A stretch of DNA of 64,000 bases from the human T2T-CHM13v2.0 reference genome, Homo sapiens. Shown here in pieces: positions 27,690-42,955 of this stretch; position 1 is the first letter of the stretch; each line of letters opens with the position of its first letter. Location: NCBI RefSeq assembly GCF_009914755.1, contig NC_060925.1; one strand, given 5' to 3'. The notes under the pieces are model-generated. The model had not been told where the DNA came from and did no database searches. It saw only the letters and a list, made by a program, of their open reading frames with translations. The translations under genes and the position numbers were made by a program.

Positions 27690-28075
27690 AAGAGAGTTAG
27701 TGATCACTAAATACTCCATCCTCTCCTCTTCATTTCCTAGCTTCTCTTGCAGTGAGGCTGAGGCCATATGACTACTTTTGCCCAATGGACAATGAGCACA
27801 AGTGCTGGCTTAGACAATTATGAGCTAGGTGCCTCCCGCATCCCACTCTTTTCCTCTTTACTTGGTGACCTCAGAAGACATGTTTTCCAGATGATATGTC
27901 TATAAGATGATGCAGTTTCTTTCAGACTAGGTACCTGAGTAACTCTGCGGAGCAAGGCCCCTATAAACACAAGATGAGCCCATAACGGAATAAGTAGTAA
28001 ACTTTTGAGTCATTAAACCACTGAGATTTGGAGTTGTGGCCGCTGTGGAAGCTAGCAATACTTAATTAATAACAG
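27690..28075 (+). mobile_element. MLT1-family LTR
   Basis: catttcctagcttctcttgcagtgagg...aaccactgagatttggagttg motifs. Confidence 0.6.
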
Positions 28076-28584
28076 GGGGGTCCATTTTCATGAGGAATCT
28101 TCCATTCAAATTAGATTAGAGATAAATTGAGAAAACCCTAAGGCACTGAGAAAAGAATGGAAGGGAAGAAGAGTAAGAGATAAAAAATTGTATAGGGCTC
28201 TTGGGAAAATTCACTTAGAAAAAAACTGGCATGCCCCAATATTCAGAGAGATATTGCTTTTCAGTTTATCCTCATAAATTTAGGCTATAGTGTAAGCTTG
28301 GTAATACTGAAATTAAGTGAGGGCAAGAAGTTAGAATTTGAAGTTACCATGAGTACTAGCATCTAGCTAGCAACCCAAGTGAGAACAGGCCCTTGCCTCA
28401 TCCTCTATAAAGGACCACTTGGCACTTTGTCATATCTGCAGCCCATGGACCTGACCAGACCATAGTGGGAGACAGAGATTTTACTGAAAATTTTCTGGAA
28501 GAAAGGTTTTACAGCATGCTATGCATGGTACATTGTTTCTCCCCAAACTCCCTGATCTCTTAATTCCTTTAAAAACCTCTCCCT

Positions 28585-28724
28585 AGCCAGGTGCAGCAGC
28601 ACGTGCCTGTAATCCGAGCTTCTCAAAAGGCTGAGGCAGGAGGATCTCTTGAGCCCAGGAGTTCAAGACCAGCCTAGACAACATAGAGAGACCCTGTCTT
28701 ATTCATAATTAATTAATTAATTAA
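28585..28724 (+). mobile_element. FLAM monomer with (TTAA)n tail
   Basis: Alu left-arm sequence flanked by TSD-like ACCTCTCCCT. Confidence 0.8.
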
Positions 28725-29340
28725 TACCTCTCCCTTCAGTAGACCCTCCAAATTGAATCTAGCATCTCCAAACACTCCTTTCTTACGCCATGCAATTATG
28801 CTCTTCCGAGGCTCCTCCAATTCCACATGCCCAGGGACATCCCTGAAAATCACTTGCAAGGCCATTTGACTGCAGACATCATCATACTCAGGAAACAGAA
28901 GACCTCTAGCTTCCAGTATTTTCTCTCCATAGAGGTGTGAATGCAGGCAGAGAAAGAAGGCTTAGGAAGGGATTCGCCATAGATGAGCAGTTATGAATTG
29001 TTCCTAAATTTTCCCCTTGATGTAAGGTATACTCATATTTTTGAATAGCCGTTTTCTTGTTCTAAGGGAAATTACAAGTTCTTATTTCTATGAGCTTTTC
29101 ATTTTAACACATTCTAGTTAACAATGGGAGGCAACATTTTTCAACATCATATCCTTGGCCAAAGAAAAGTTTTATGTTGTTTTCTGACCCATTATTAATA
29201 TAACTAGTATTATAATGACTCATTTGACCAAGGTTTTATGACAACATTTCATGAAAAACAACACACTGTTACCAACTAAGCAGTTACAGTTCTTCCCATT
29301 GGACCCACCTCTGTCTGTTTCTTCAGGCTCATAGCTCTAG

Positions 29341-29702
<362 letters not shown>

Positions 29703-29704
29703 CT

Positions 29705-30630
<926 letters not shown>

Positions 30631-33600
30631 TCACTCTGGTTTTTAACTACAGGCCAATGGGTTTTGCCTCCCATCTTTTGAATGGCCTGGAGAGATAAAA
30701 AATCTGGCTGAGTGAGGATTAGCTATAAGTAATGCCCATGCCCAGTGAGAATCAACCGCTGCTGAGGGTTTCTGTTTGCAGACATAAAGAAGGACACTCT
30801 TGGGGGCTCATCCTTTACTGATGTGTACCTCATAAGGGTACTTTATCACTCGGCTTTCACAAGCTAATTTTGAAGAAGTCTTCTGGAAATGAATAGATTC
30901 ATTCTGCACATGAAGAAGCTGGGTGTAAAGTGGGTCATGCTGCAGCGTTGATGAGCTCACAGAACTCCTCCTTTCTGGAAGTTACCTACCTAGCAACTTC
31001 AATGACCTGACTGAGAACCAGAGACTCAGGAGAAAGTAATAAAAGTGTGGCCTTCCTGGGCAGTCAGAACACATCACTGTTAGAGGGAGACAATTCCTCC
31101 CCACTTCTTGGTTTCAAAAGAGGGGATGATTCTCTCTACATAGCCAGCCTCTCCACCCCCATGACTTCCTCCTCCCTTAGTGACTTCTGATGAGTGATTT
31201 GGGGAGCCAGAACTGGGCATGTCTTTCTCATGCCCTCCCCTTCTTCTCTCTCAGGAGCTGGTTGGGCCAAGAAGGTGTGTCTGGGTGGCTCCTATACTGC
31301 AAGGCCTCCAGTGTCAGGCCCCAAGTAAAGAGGCCCAAGGCTGTGCATGGTGCCCCTGACCAAGTGGGTAAGTCTCTATCACTCTGGGGTCCACAGTGAG
31401 GAAGTCCACTTGCCTGCAGATATTAATATCAGTCACATTCCCAAATATCAGTTCATTCACACTAAAGGTGATCTTCTGAATTCCTTATGTTTGACTCTTT
31501 TGTCTCCCTTAAGTGCCTCAGAAGAGGATGTGTTATCTATGGGGACACCAAGTCTATGAATAAAGTTCTTGAACTTAACTGGAAAGGGAGCTGCTCAGAG
31601 CTTCACTAGATGTTCTGTGCTCTTGGTCTAAGCATAATTCATTTACCTGGCACATAATAAGCCTAATAAACTCAGTTTCCCAGCCCACAGCAGAAACTAG
31701 AAGGGAAAATGAGGAATGAACAGAAGTAGGCACAATAATGTAACAAGACCTAATAAATGACAGCTGAAGTCTTGGGAGAAGTAAAACTAGAAAAAAGAAA
31801 ACGCACCCATAAAAAAGCAAAGGCACTTCTCCAATTATTTTCTGAGACACAAATACACCTCAGTTATGTCTGAGGCTATCACTACAATAGCATAATATCT
31901 AGGATTACAAAGAAAATGGTCTGTGATATTCAATATACTGTCAGAGAAGGCAGGGACATTTAAAACTATCCCATCAATGTGGTTAAAGTAAATTGAGTTT
32001 TCCTGCTTAAAGGTTAAGTTTCAAATAATTTGAAAAATGTTTTTACTCAGAATATGTGGCCTAATAAATGAAGCATTAATCTGCCAAACATAACACTCAC
32101 ACTCAAGTTTGACATTTATATGCCCATCCGAGAGTGCTGGGATGATTGTGCTGTATGCCAGAGCATTTCCTCTGGCTGTGGGGAACTGCTTAGTCTGGTT
32201 ATTTATGCCATCCGTGGGCTTTAGAACCTCCTACTCAAGCTGCTGGAAGACTGACAAGTTCTACAACTATTTGAAAACCACAGGTTCATCCAAAAAGATA
32301 GAATTCAGACTGAGCAATATGAGTTGCCTTATCTGCTTCAGAGTTAACAGAGATTCTTTTCTGCTCATCCATTTTATCAAATTAAGAGAGAGCACCTTTG
32401 TCCATCTGGTCATCCATCCCCATTCATTCATTCATTCATTCCTTTCACAGGTAAATGTTAGTATCTTGTCTCTGCCATTCAAGTATGACTCTTGGGTCCT
32501 ATTTAAGTAAGTTATAATTCCTTGAGGGATTGAGGACAGGTGTGTATACAAAAAAAAGCACATGACAGAGAAGTGCTATCATTTCTTTGCGTTTATATAT
32601 GTGAAGGGAGTTACAAGTTTTCAGATTCAAAATAATATTTCTTACATATTTCATGCATTTCTTTTATGAAAAAATAAACTAAACAAATTTAGTATTTTAT
32701 CAGAAAATCTGGAACTTGTGATTATATGTTGAAAACTAGAACAAGCCCAGCAGAAGTTTGGATCACAGGAATATAGGCCAAGAACCCCTGGACGTAGATG
32801 TGTACAGAATGCATCCTGACATACAGGAACCTGCCCCCGACAGGTTACGGACAGGGGGTCTCCATGCAGCTCCCCTTAGATATAGGCCCCCCTTGCAAAT
32901 ACCTGTTTAAAAATGATGAGGTAGATGGAATCAAAACATTTGACAGTTTCTCAAAATTTAGCTCTATGTGAACGTCTATCCTGCAAAGTAAGATGAACAA
33001 AAAAGTAGAATAGAACACTTTGTCTTAGGCCTGCTATTTGACTTTTGTTGGGTTTGCTGTCTGTTTCTTATGAAATCTGCTCTGATTTTGTTGAGCTCCT
33101 GGACCTCTTTCTTAGTGTGCAGTTTTGATGAGAGAAATTGATGATAGAGAGGTGACAAGTGAGTGTCTGGACCGTTAGGATGGTGCTACAGGGAATGGTA
33201 AGATGAAAAAAACAGCCAAAGGTTAGAAAGTTAGATTTGACCATATCAGCAGAGTCATTAAAATGAGAATCATTGTAGACTTACTCACTTTGAAAATTAT
33301 TTAAAAAGCTGCACCTTTCTCTCTTCTCTTCTGATAGAGAATATTGAATGGATAACTTAGTAAATGAATGTTTAGTTTAGTCAAGAAATTTGAACTCATG
33401 TTGTCGTTTTCATTTTAAATGGCCATGGTAAGAGTTAACATAATACTTATATTTTTAATGTACACTGAGATAAACAGAATGAATCAATAAGTTTATACAA
33501 GACAAAGTTATGTCAACTTCAATGCAATGACAAAATCAATCATAAATTTGTACTGAGGTTGTGTTGGAAATCCATGTCACATGTCTCCTAATAGAAATGT

Positions 33601-33965
33601 GCTATTTAAAATTAAAAATGAAAATTAAAAATTATGAATGTTTATAAAATATAACCCATACATGATCAACACCATATTTTATATATAATCTAAATCAAGA
33701 CTGAATACTTATTTTTCATAAGGAATTTTGGAAATAGTTTTGGCTTGACAAAGTCAAAAACTTACTACTAAAATGTCTGAGTTCATTACCACCAAGTTCC
33801 TTGACTCTGTTTATTAAGTGCCCTCAAACCCAAATGATATAGAAAATGACGAGTGTCATGAACTTTCAAGCCTATATCAATTAATGTTCAAATTTAATGA
33901 AGTATATTACAGTTAATTTTAAGCAACATTCTTCAAATTCAATTTTGTTAAAATATTAAAATCAG

Positions 33966-35561
33966 GTCTTAGGTTTAAGTCTTTGATCCATCTTGAGTTG
34001 ATTTTTGTATAAGGTGAGAAATGAGGATCCAGTTTCATTCTTCTACATGTGGCTTGCCAATTATCCCAGCACCATTTGTTGAATAGGGTGTCCTTTCCCC
34101 ACTTTATGTTTTTGTTTGCTTTGTTGAAGATCAGTTGGCTGTAAGTATTTGGCTTTATTTCTGGGTTCTCTGTTCTATTCCATTGGTTTATGTGCCTATT
34201 TTTATACCAGTAGCATGCTGTTTTGGTGACTATGGCCTTATAGCATAGTTTGAAATCAGGTAATGTGATGCCTCCAGATTTGTTCTTTTTGCTTAGTCTT
34301 GCCTTGGCTATGCGGGCTCCTTGGTGGTTCCATATGAATTTTAGGATTGTCTTTTCAAGTACTGTGAAAAAATGAAGACCTGAAATCATAAAAATCCTTG
34401 AAGATAACATTGGAAAAACCCTTCTAGACACTGGCTTATGCAAAGACTTCATGACCAAGAACCCAAAAGCAAACGCAACAAAAGCAATTGTAAATAAGTA
34501 GGACTTAATTAAACTAAAAAAGTTTTTGAACAGCAAAAGAAACAATCAGCAGAGTAAACAGACAACCCACAGAATCGGAGAAAATCTTCACAATCTATAC
34601 ATCCAAAAAGGACTAACATCCAGAATCTATAGGGAACTCAAACAATTAGCAAGAAAAAAAAAAAAACGATCCCATCAAAAAATGGGCTAAGAACATGAAT
34701 AGACAATTATCAAAAGAAGATATACAAATGGCCAACAAGCATATGAAAAAATGCTCAACATCGCTAATGATCAGGGAGATGCAAATCAAAAACACAATGC
34801 AATGCCACCTTACTCCTGCAAGAATGGCCATAATCAAAAAATGAAAAAATAATAGGTGTTGTCAGGGATGCAGTGAAAAGGGAACACTTCTACACTGCTG
34901 GTGGGAATGTGAACTAGTACAGCCATTATGGAAAACAGTGTGGAGATTCCTTAAAGAACTAAAAGTAGAACTACCATTTGATCCAGCAGTCCCACTACTG
35001 GGTATCTAGCCAGAGGAAAAGAAATCCTTATATGAAAAAGATACTTGCACAGGCATGTTTATAGCAGCACAATTCGCAATTGCAAAAATACGGAACCAGC
35101 CCAAATGCCCATCAATCAATGAGTGGATAAAGAAATTGTGGTGTATATATTTACCATGGAATACTATTCAGCCATAAAAAGGAATGAAATAATTGCATTC
35201 ACAGCAACCTGGATGGAATTGGAGACCATTATTCTAAGTGAAGTAACTTAGGAATGGAAAACCAAATACCATATGCTCTCACTCATAAGTGGGAGCTAAA
35301 ATATAAGGATGCAAAGGCATAAGAATGATACAATAGACTCTGGGGACTTGGGGGAAAGAGTGGGAGGAGGGTGAGGGATAAAAGACAACAAATTGGGTAT
35401 AGTGTATACTGCTTGGGTGATGGGTGCAACAAAGTCTCACAAATCACCACTAAAGAACTTACTTATGTAAGCAAACACCACCTGTTCTCCAAAAACCTAT
35501 GGAAATAAAAAAAAATCATTAAAAAAACTAGAGAGGATATAAAAAAATAATAATTTAAAAA
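33966..35561 (+). mobile_element. L1PB-type element with 5' inversion (inverted ~33966-34374, direct ~34375-35515)
   Basis: ORF2 C-terminal homology on both strands, L1PB-like 3' end, TSD TAAAATATTAAAATCAG at 33949-33965 and 35562-35578. Confidence 0.9.
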
Positions 35562-35990
35562 TAAAATATTAAAATCAGTAATAATCATTTTTAAAGGAAC
35601 AGTGAGATGAAAATGAGTTGCATTAATAACTTTTTCTTTACACATTCTGCTTAACAAACAAGCAGAAGCTGCAGTGCTGTGTGAGCCATGGAAGGAGCAG
35701 TGGCCACAGCTCAAAGTGGGAGGGTCCTTAGAGGCTGGGCTAGAAGGGATCCCTGTGCAAGCTCCATGCCCACCTGCAGATTTTGCATTCCTTCTCTTGC
35801 CCAGTCTGCTAGTCAGCAACCTAGTAAGAAGTCAGATGTTGGTATGTCTCAGAATCCTTCTTTCCTTCTATCCAACTGCAAATGTGTTTAGTTTGATTCT
35901 TGCAAAGGCCATAACTACCAAGGATTGTCCAATAGGTTTCTGCTCCATCCCATTCAGTGGTTTTCAATAAAAGAGAAGCTCTTTTGGCAT

Positions 35991-36281
35991 TTTTTTTTTT
36001 TTGATAGAATCTTACTCTGTCGCCAGGGCCGAAGTGCAGTGGCACAATCTCGGCTCACTACAACTTCCTCCTCTCGGGTTCAAGCGATTCTCCTGCCTCA
36101 GCCTCCCGAGTACCTGGGATTACAGGCGCCTGCCACTACGCCCAGCTAATTTTTTGTATTTTTAGTGGAGACGGGGTTTCACCATGTTGGCCAGGCTGGT
36201 CTCAAACTCCTGACCCTGTGATTTGCCTGCCTTGGCCTCCCAAAGTGCTGGGATTACAGGCGTGAGTCATCGTGCCTGACC
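35991..36281 (-). mobile_element. Alu (AluS-like)
   Basis: TSD CTCTTTTGGCATTT. Confidence 0.92.
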
Positions 36282-36594
36282 TCTTTTGGCATTTTGAGCC
36301 TAATAATTTCCCATTGTGTAAGATGTTTAGCTTCTCTGGCTCCCATTGTTTTAATACTACTAGGACATTTAACTTAAATTACATTGTGATAAAGTCATTG
36401 AGATAAACCCAGAAATGGTCCCAACAAAATTTGTCAATGCCCCTTGGGGGGAGTTGTTGCTCCCAATTTAGAACCAGTGTGCCTACTTCAATATAATATT
36501 TACAAGTGGGTATTAACATGCTGCAGCAAAGGTCACTAAAATCATGGACTTCATCCACTAATATTACATAACAGTCACCTTCCTTCTTTAGCCC

Positions 36595-36812
36595 AGGGCT
36601 TCCCAGTCTTGACACTACTGACATCTTGGGCCAGATAGTTTTTTGCTGTGAGGGGCTACGTAGGTGCTATGCACTGCAGGACATTCAATAGCATCCTTAG
36701 TTTCTACATACTAGGTGTAGTAGCAATCCCTCCAGTGGTGACAACCAAAAATATCTCTAGACAGTCCCAGAGGGGGTGCAAAATCAACCCTCCCCACAGT
36801 TGAAAATCACTG
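36595..36812 (+). mobile_element. MER20 hAT-Charlie element
   Basis: cagggcttcccagtcttgacactactgacatcttgggccagata...gttgaaaatcactg, about 218 bp. Confidence 0.8.
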
Positions 36813-37577
36813 CTTAGCTCAAAAACGCATTAAAGTGTACCAAGCATAGAGACAAAAGAAACATAGTCCCTATACATACCAAGTTCAAAAGTCAAGCATG
36901 AGAGTAGATGTATAGAGTAGAATTCCAAAGTAGAGTAGCAAGTGCTGTCATTCAAGCAAATCAGGTGTGCCTAAATCAGACTGAGGAATGGGGGTAGCAG
37001 ACCAAGAAAACTATTTCAGAGAAGTCACACATTTGAAAACTATAAAGCATGCTGAGAAAAGCCAGGCAGAGGAAACAGCATGAGAAAAGCAAAGGGCCTT
37101 CCAGGAAGAGCAAATAGTTTGGAATCACAGACATGCGGTATTTGAAGTCAGAAGCAAGTGGTAAGAAATGAAAAATCTTGACATTAGGCTTAGGACTTTG
37201 ATCTTCATGATGAAGAGCACAGAAGGCTAGCGAAACATAGAAGCAAAAAGTTGGTATCTACATTTTACAAACTCATCCATGTAGATGGACAGATGGAGAC
37301 AGAAGTAGAACCAGCAATGAGGAGATGAGGAAGGGGCAATCTGTTTCATGGAATTGTTGCAGCGTTTGATGAAATCACATTTGTGAATGCACACTGTGAA
37401 ACATATACTGATTTTTCTATAAAATCACTTCAAAAACAGTAAAGTGTGATATAAATGCAGATAGAAACTATTCCCACGGCTCTTTTGCTAGTGTTAGAAT
37501 TTCAAAAACATTTCTAAAAGGAAGGTCTGAGACCACTAGGATTAATGGCAAGATCGTTCAAATAAATGAATACTGTC

Positions 37578-37863
37578 TCTTTGATGGAGTCTCGATCTGT
37601 CACCCAGGCTGGAGTGCGTGGTGAGATCTCGGCTCACTGCAACCTCTGCCTCCTGCGTTCAAGTGATTCTCCTGCTTCAGCCTCCTGGGTAGCTGGGATT
37701 ACAGGTGCATGCCACCATGCCCAGATAATTTTTGTGCTTTTAGTAGAGACGGGGTTTCACCATGTTGGCCAGACTGGTCTCGAACTCCTGACCTCAAGTG
37801 ATCTGCCTGCCTCGGCCTCCCAAAGTGCTAGGATTACAGGCGTGAGCCACTGCACCCAGCTGG
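37578..37863 (-). mobile_element. Alu (AluSx-like), almost tailless
   Basis: TSD AATAAATGAATACT on both sides. Confidence 0.92.
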
Positions 37864-37944
37864 AATAAATGAATACTCTTATAAGGTGATACTGAAAGGA
37901 AGTAACACATGTTAAGTTGATATATTGTTATTTTAAAAAGTATT

Positions 37945-38870
37945 TACACAAAACAGTGTGGGACTTCTTCAAAAAATTAATAGAATTAACATAGGATCTG
38001 GCAATTCCACTTTTGGGTATACATGCAAAAGAAATGAAAGCATGGTCTCAAAGAGATACTTGTACCCCCATGTACATAGCAGCATTATTTATAATAGACA
38101 AGGGGTGAGGCTGGGCTCAGTGGCTCACGCCTGTAATCCCAGCACTTTGTGAGGCCGAGGTGGGCGGATCACGAGGTCAGGAGATCGAGACCATCCTGGC
38201 CAACATGGTGAAACCCCGTCTCTACTAAAAATAGAAAAATTATCTGGGCATGGTGGTGTGTGCCTGTAATCCCAGCTAATCAGAAGGCTGAGGCAGGAGA
38301 ATCGCTTGGAACCAGGGAGGCAGAGGTTGCAGTGAGCCCAGGTCGTGTCACTGCACTCCAGCCTGATGACTGAGCGAGACTGTCTCCAAAAAAAAAAGAA
38401 AAAATAGACAAGGGGTGGAAACAACTCTAATGTCCTTCAACAAATCTTTGAATAAACAAAATGTGGTCTATACATACTATGGAATATTATCCACTCTTGA
38501 AAAGGAGGGAAATCCTGATACATGCTACAACATGAATGAACCTTGAGGATGTTATATTAAGTCAAATAAGGCAATCACGAACAAGCAAATTCTGCATGGT
38601 TCCACTTATATGAGGTAACTAGAGTATTCAAACTCATAGAGACAAAAAGTAGAATGGTGGTTGCCGGGGGCTTGGGGGAGAGAGAAATGGGGAGTTATTG
38701 TCTAACGGGAATGGAATTTCAGTTTGGGAAGATAAAAATGTTCTAGAGATGAAACATAGTGATGGTTGTACAACAATGTGAATGTACTTAATGTTGCTCA
38801 ACTGTACACTTAAAGGTGGTTATGATGGGACATTCTATGTTATATACATCTTATCACAATTCTTAAAGTA
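37945..38870 (+). mobile_element. L1MB-type 3' fragment interrupted by an Alu (38108-38403, + strand)
   Basis: L1M 3' end motifs; Alu TSD AATAGACAAGGGGTG. Confidence 0.85.
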
Positions 38871-41559
38871 ATTATTATTTTATAACACTTTGGATTACGC
38901 ATGACATTTTTCAACTGAGAAATATGAACAACCAAATCACCACACTGGGTCCTGCTGTTTGAATACAGAGGTTAAGAAATAAGCAGAACCAGTTCCTCAG
39001 AGAGCTCGCGATTTCCCTTCTAGAATATCTCTCAAGTTCAAATTTCATCCATGCAACGTGTTCACTGCCCAGAGTAAGCTACAAAGCAGAAGTCCCACGT
39101 TGTTAGCTGGATCCTAAAGATGATCAAGCTCCACGTTCATTTAGCCTTTCAGGTGCTCAGCAAGTACTGTTCCATATTCTGTGCCAGGCACCGTGCATGG
39201 CACTTTGGGGTAGAACTGTGACTGCAACAGGCAAACATTTGTCTTCAAGTAGCTTCCAATATAGCACACACTAGTGACAACTAATTTTAAAAGTAATTTA
39301 TTTTTGCCCAGCAAGGGAACCTAACCTAGACTAGAGTGTCAGGGAATAATCCTTCAAGGAACTGGTATTGAACTTGAGCAGTGAAGGTGAACTGGAGTTA
39401 ACTCAGAAAGGTGAGCATGGAGATTCCAGACAATGGGCCAAAGTGTGCAAAGGATACAAATCAGCATTAGAGACACAAAGAAAGCCTGTGCAGCTGACTG
39501 CCTGGGTGGGAGGGCAGAAAAGAAGAAAGGAGTGGGATAAGTCTGGGAAGGTGGGACTGTCAGATGACACACCGCTGAGCCCTTGAGGTCCTCCTTCAAT
39601 CCCTGCTGGGAGGCCTGGCGTGGCCTGCTAGCCAGTCTCCTCTCCTCTGCTCTACAGCTTTCAAGATAGTGTCTCTCAAGCGCCATTTTAATCACATCAC
39701 TGCCCTATCAAAATACCTACAATTAATTTTCTCCAGCACTTCTTATGCTAGTTTCAAAGCTTTTCATTGTCAAGACCCCTTGAGCTTCCAGGGTTCTTGG
39801 TCATTGCATCACAGAAGTGGGCTTGCTGTCCTCTACCATGGGCAGGGCCACAAACCAACATGGCCTAAGGGAGTAAACACCTAAATGGGGAGATCAGATT
39901 AACATCGGTAAAGTAGTATTTAAACACTACAGAGGGGCACACAACTGAAGGGCTCACTCAGGTAAGCTGTCCTATCTTGGCGTCAAGGCAGTCCAATTAG
40001 AGCAGGTGGAGAAAACCAAAGAACGGGGGCTGCTGTTGGAGGCTCCAGAGGTCCCTGGCTTCAACTGTGATGCAGAAATTGCATAAGACATGGAGGGGAG
40101 TGTGGAGGAGGGCACCGATCATTAGCACAGATGCAACAGGCGAAGTCAACACGGTGCCTTGACTCTCCACAGGAGAAAGGAGATGATGAAATATAGAGAC
40201 AGACTTGAAGAGAAGACCCATATTTAAGGGAAAAGGGGAAATGGAACCAAGCAAAGAACACCAAGAAGCAATGAATGACTACTGAAAGATGAGGAAAGCC
40301 TGGATACAAACTTATTTTCAACATTACTGATTATGTTTATCATTCTTTATTGATTAATTAGTAAAGGGTTCAGTGTAAACTATGTGTTAAGCACTCTGAT
40401 GTCCAAATCAGCTATTATCTGCACCACTCATAGACAGTTATCACACTTTTATGGACTCTATTTCAAGTAATTATAAACTCCCCGAGTCTACTCTTTGTGT
40501 CTACTCTTTGTGTGCACACAGTACCTGACACGCAGTCAACACTGGGCCCTTTCTTGGCTGCAGCAAGCATGTTAAGCCCTGGCCTCCCACACACCTATTT
40601 TCAAGGTCCACAAACAGTGGCAAGGGCAAACTGTGCCTGCCTCAGGAGCCAACAGAGCCAAGAGGAGGGCAAGTCTGCAGAGAAGATGCTGACTCACAGC
40701 AAGGCATCAGGGCCCCCAATCTGGGCTGCTGCTTGATAGGCCTCTCTGGGGACTCTTGAGATGTAAAATGCTGGAGGAGAGAGAGGATCCTGCAGCAGTG
40801 ACATCATGTCAATGGGACAAGCGCCTCCTGAGGTGTTTTATCACCATGATGGAAAGGGGGTCACAAGCCCTAATCTCATGGGTCAGAGGGAGGAAATGTC
40901 TTGAGAATTATGCCTGCTGATGGGAATGGGCATTTCTGTACAGGGGAGTGGAGATTTCTAGAAAGGTTTTCTGATGAGCAAGGGACAGGAGTCAGATCGC
41001 ATGTCTCTTCCTCAGTGTCAGCTCTGATTCTGCAGTTCTTCATAGCTGGAGACACTTGCCCTCCACTCTGTCCCATGCCAGAGCCCACCACAATCTGGTT
41101 GGAGGCCTGTGAGCAAGTCTTGTTGCTAACATACCATCTACTCTGGGTGGCAGAGATGAGCCCTCTGGCATCCAGTTTTAGCTTCCTCTTTACAGTATCA
41201 TTTCTCCCCTTTCTGTAGGATGCACCCCACTCCTAAATGCATATCATTGTATGATGATCTCACTGGGGCTCAAATTGAACATACTTGGCCAGCATCTATA
41301 ATCTTACTCTGCTATCTTTTTAATATGACCCTAGTATTCTTCAATAATTCTTCTTTAAAGACTCCTCTTGTTCATTTTCTTGCCCAGACCTGGAATAAAC
41401 CGTTTTTTCCAAAGAGCTCTAGTTTCTTTTAAAAGAAAATGGAATTCAGAGACTAAAATCTGAGTTCTAGATCTGTCTATTCTCATTGGGTTATCACTGA
41501 TTCTAGGTTTTTCAGTAGAGCTCAAAAATAAATTTTTTTAAGAAATAAATAAGTCATGA

Positions 41560-42019
<460 letters not shown>

Positions 42020-42657
42020 TGAAATCCTTATTCCTAAATATTATAACATGATTTATTATTTTCTTTACCCTGTACTACATATATAATAATTTCAAAATAT
42101 GTATCAAATCTTATTAATAAGCTTACTGAATGCAATTTAAGATGTCTTTGTGGCTCTTTTGCCTTTATGTTGTATCAGGAGGCCTAGAAAGTCATTAAAG
42201 TCATATGAAACAGATTTTGTTTGGTTATGCCATCAATCTATCAAGGTTCATTCCTCATTTCCAGTCCTACTGCCTTCACCTGTTCTTTACCTCCTTCTAT
42301 AGGTAACTATGTTCTTATTAACGTTTTATCTTTTGAATGTGTCTTTTTGAAACAGAATTAATTGCAGGTATGCTTCATCTTTCCCTCCTTTTTAGTCTAT
42401 ATATATCTTCTGCTTTTTTCTCTTAACAGTGTTATCTGGAGATCCCTCTACAGCAGTCTATTTTCTCATTCCTTTTTTACAGCTGTGTACTACTCCACTG
42501 TAGGACGTACCTTAATCCATTAAGCCAATTCCTTCTCAATGGATACCTGTTTCTAGTCATCTGCTATAACAAATAGTGCTTCAGTGACTCACTTTGAACG
42601 TACATCCCTTTGAATTCTTGAGAATGGTTATTTATTTAAACCACATTCCATATTACC

Positions 42658-42955
42658 TTTTTTTTTTTTTTTTTTGAGACAAAGTCTCACTCTGTCACCC
42701 AGGCTGGAGTGCAGTGGTCTTCTCAGCTCACTGCAACCTCTGCCTCCTGGGTTCAAGTGATTCTCGTGCCTCAACCTTCTGAGTAGCTGGGATTATAGGC
42801 ATGCGCCACCATGCCCGGCTAATTTTTGTTTTTTTAGTAAAGATGAGGTTTTGCCATGTTAGCCAGACTGGTCTCGAACTCCTGACCTCAGGTGATCCAC
42901 CCGCCTGGGCCTCCCAAAGTGTTGGGATTACAGGCATGAGCCACCGTGCCTGGTC
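42658..42955 (-). mobile_element. Alu (AluSx-like)
   Basis: Poly(T) followed by a reverse dimer. Confidence 0.92.

Noticed and set aside
33919-34545. 208-aa ORF with L1 ORF2 similarity
   Set aside because: It is a chimera across the inversion junction of a truncated L1, not a gene.
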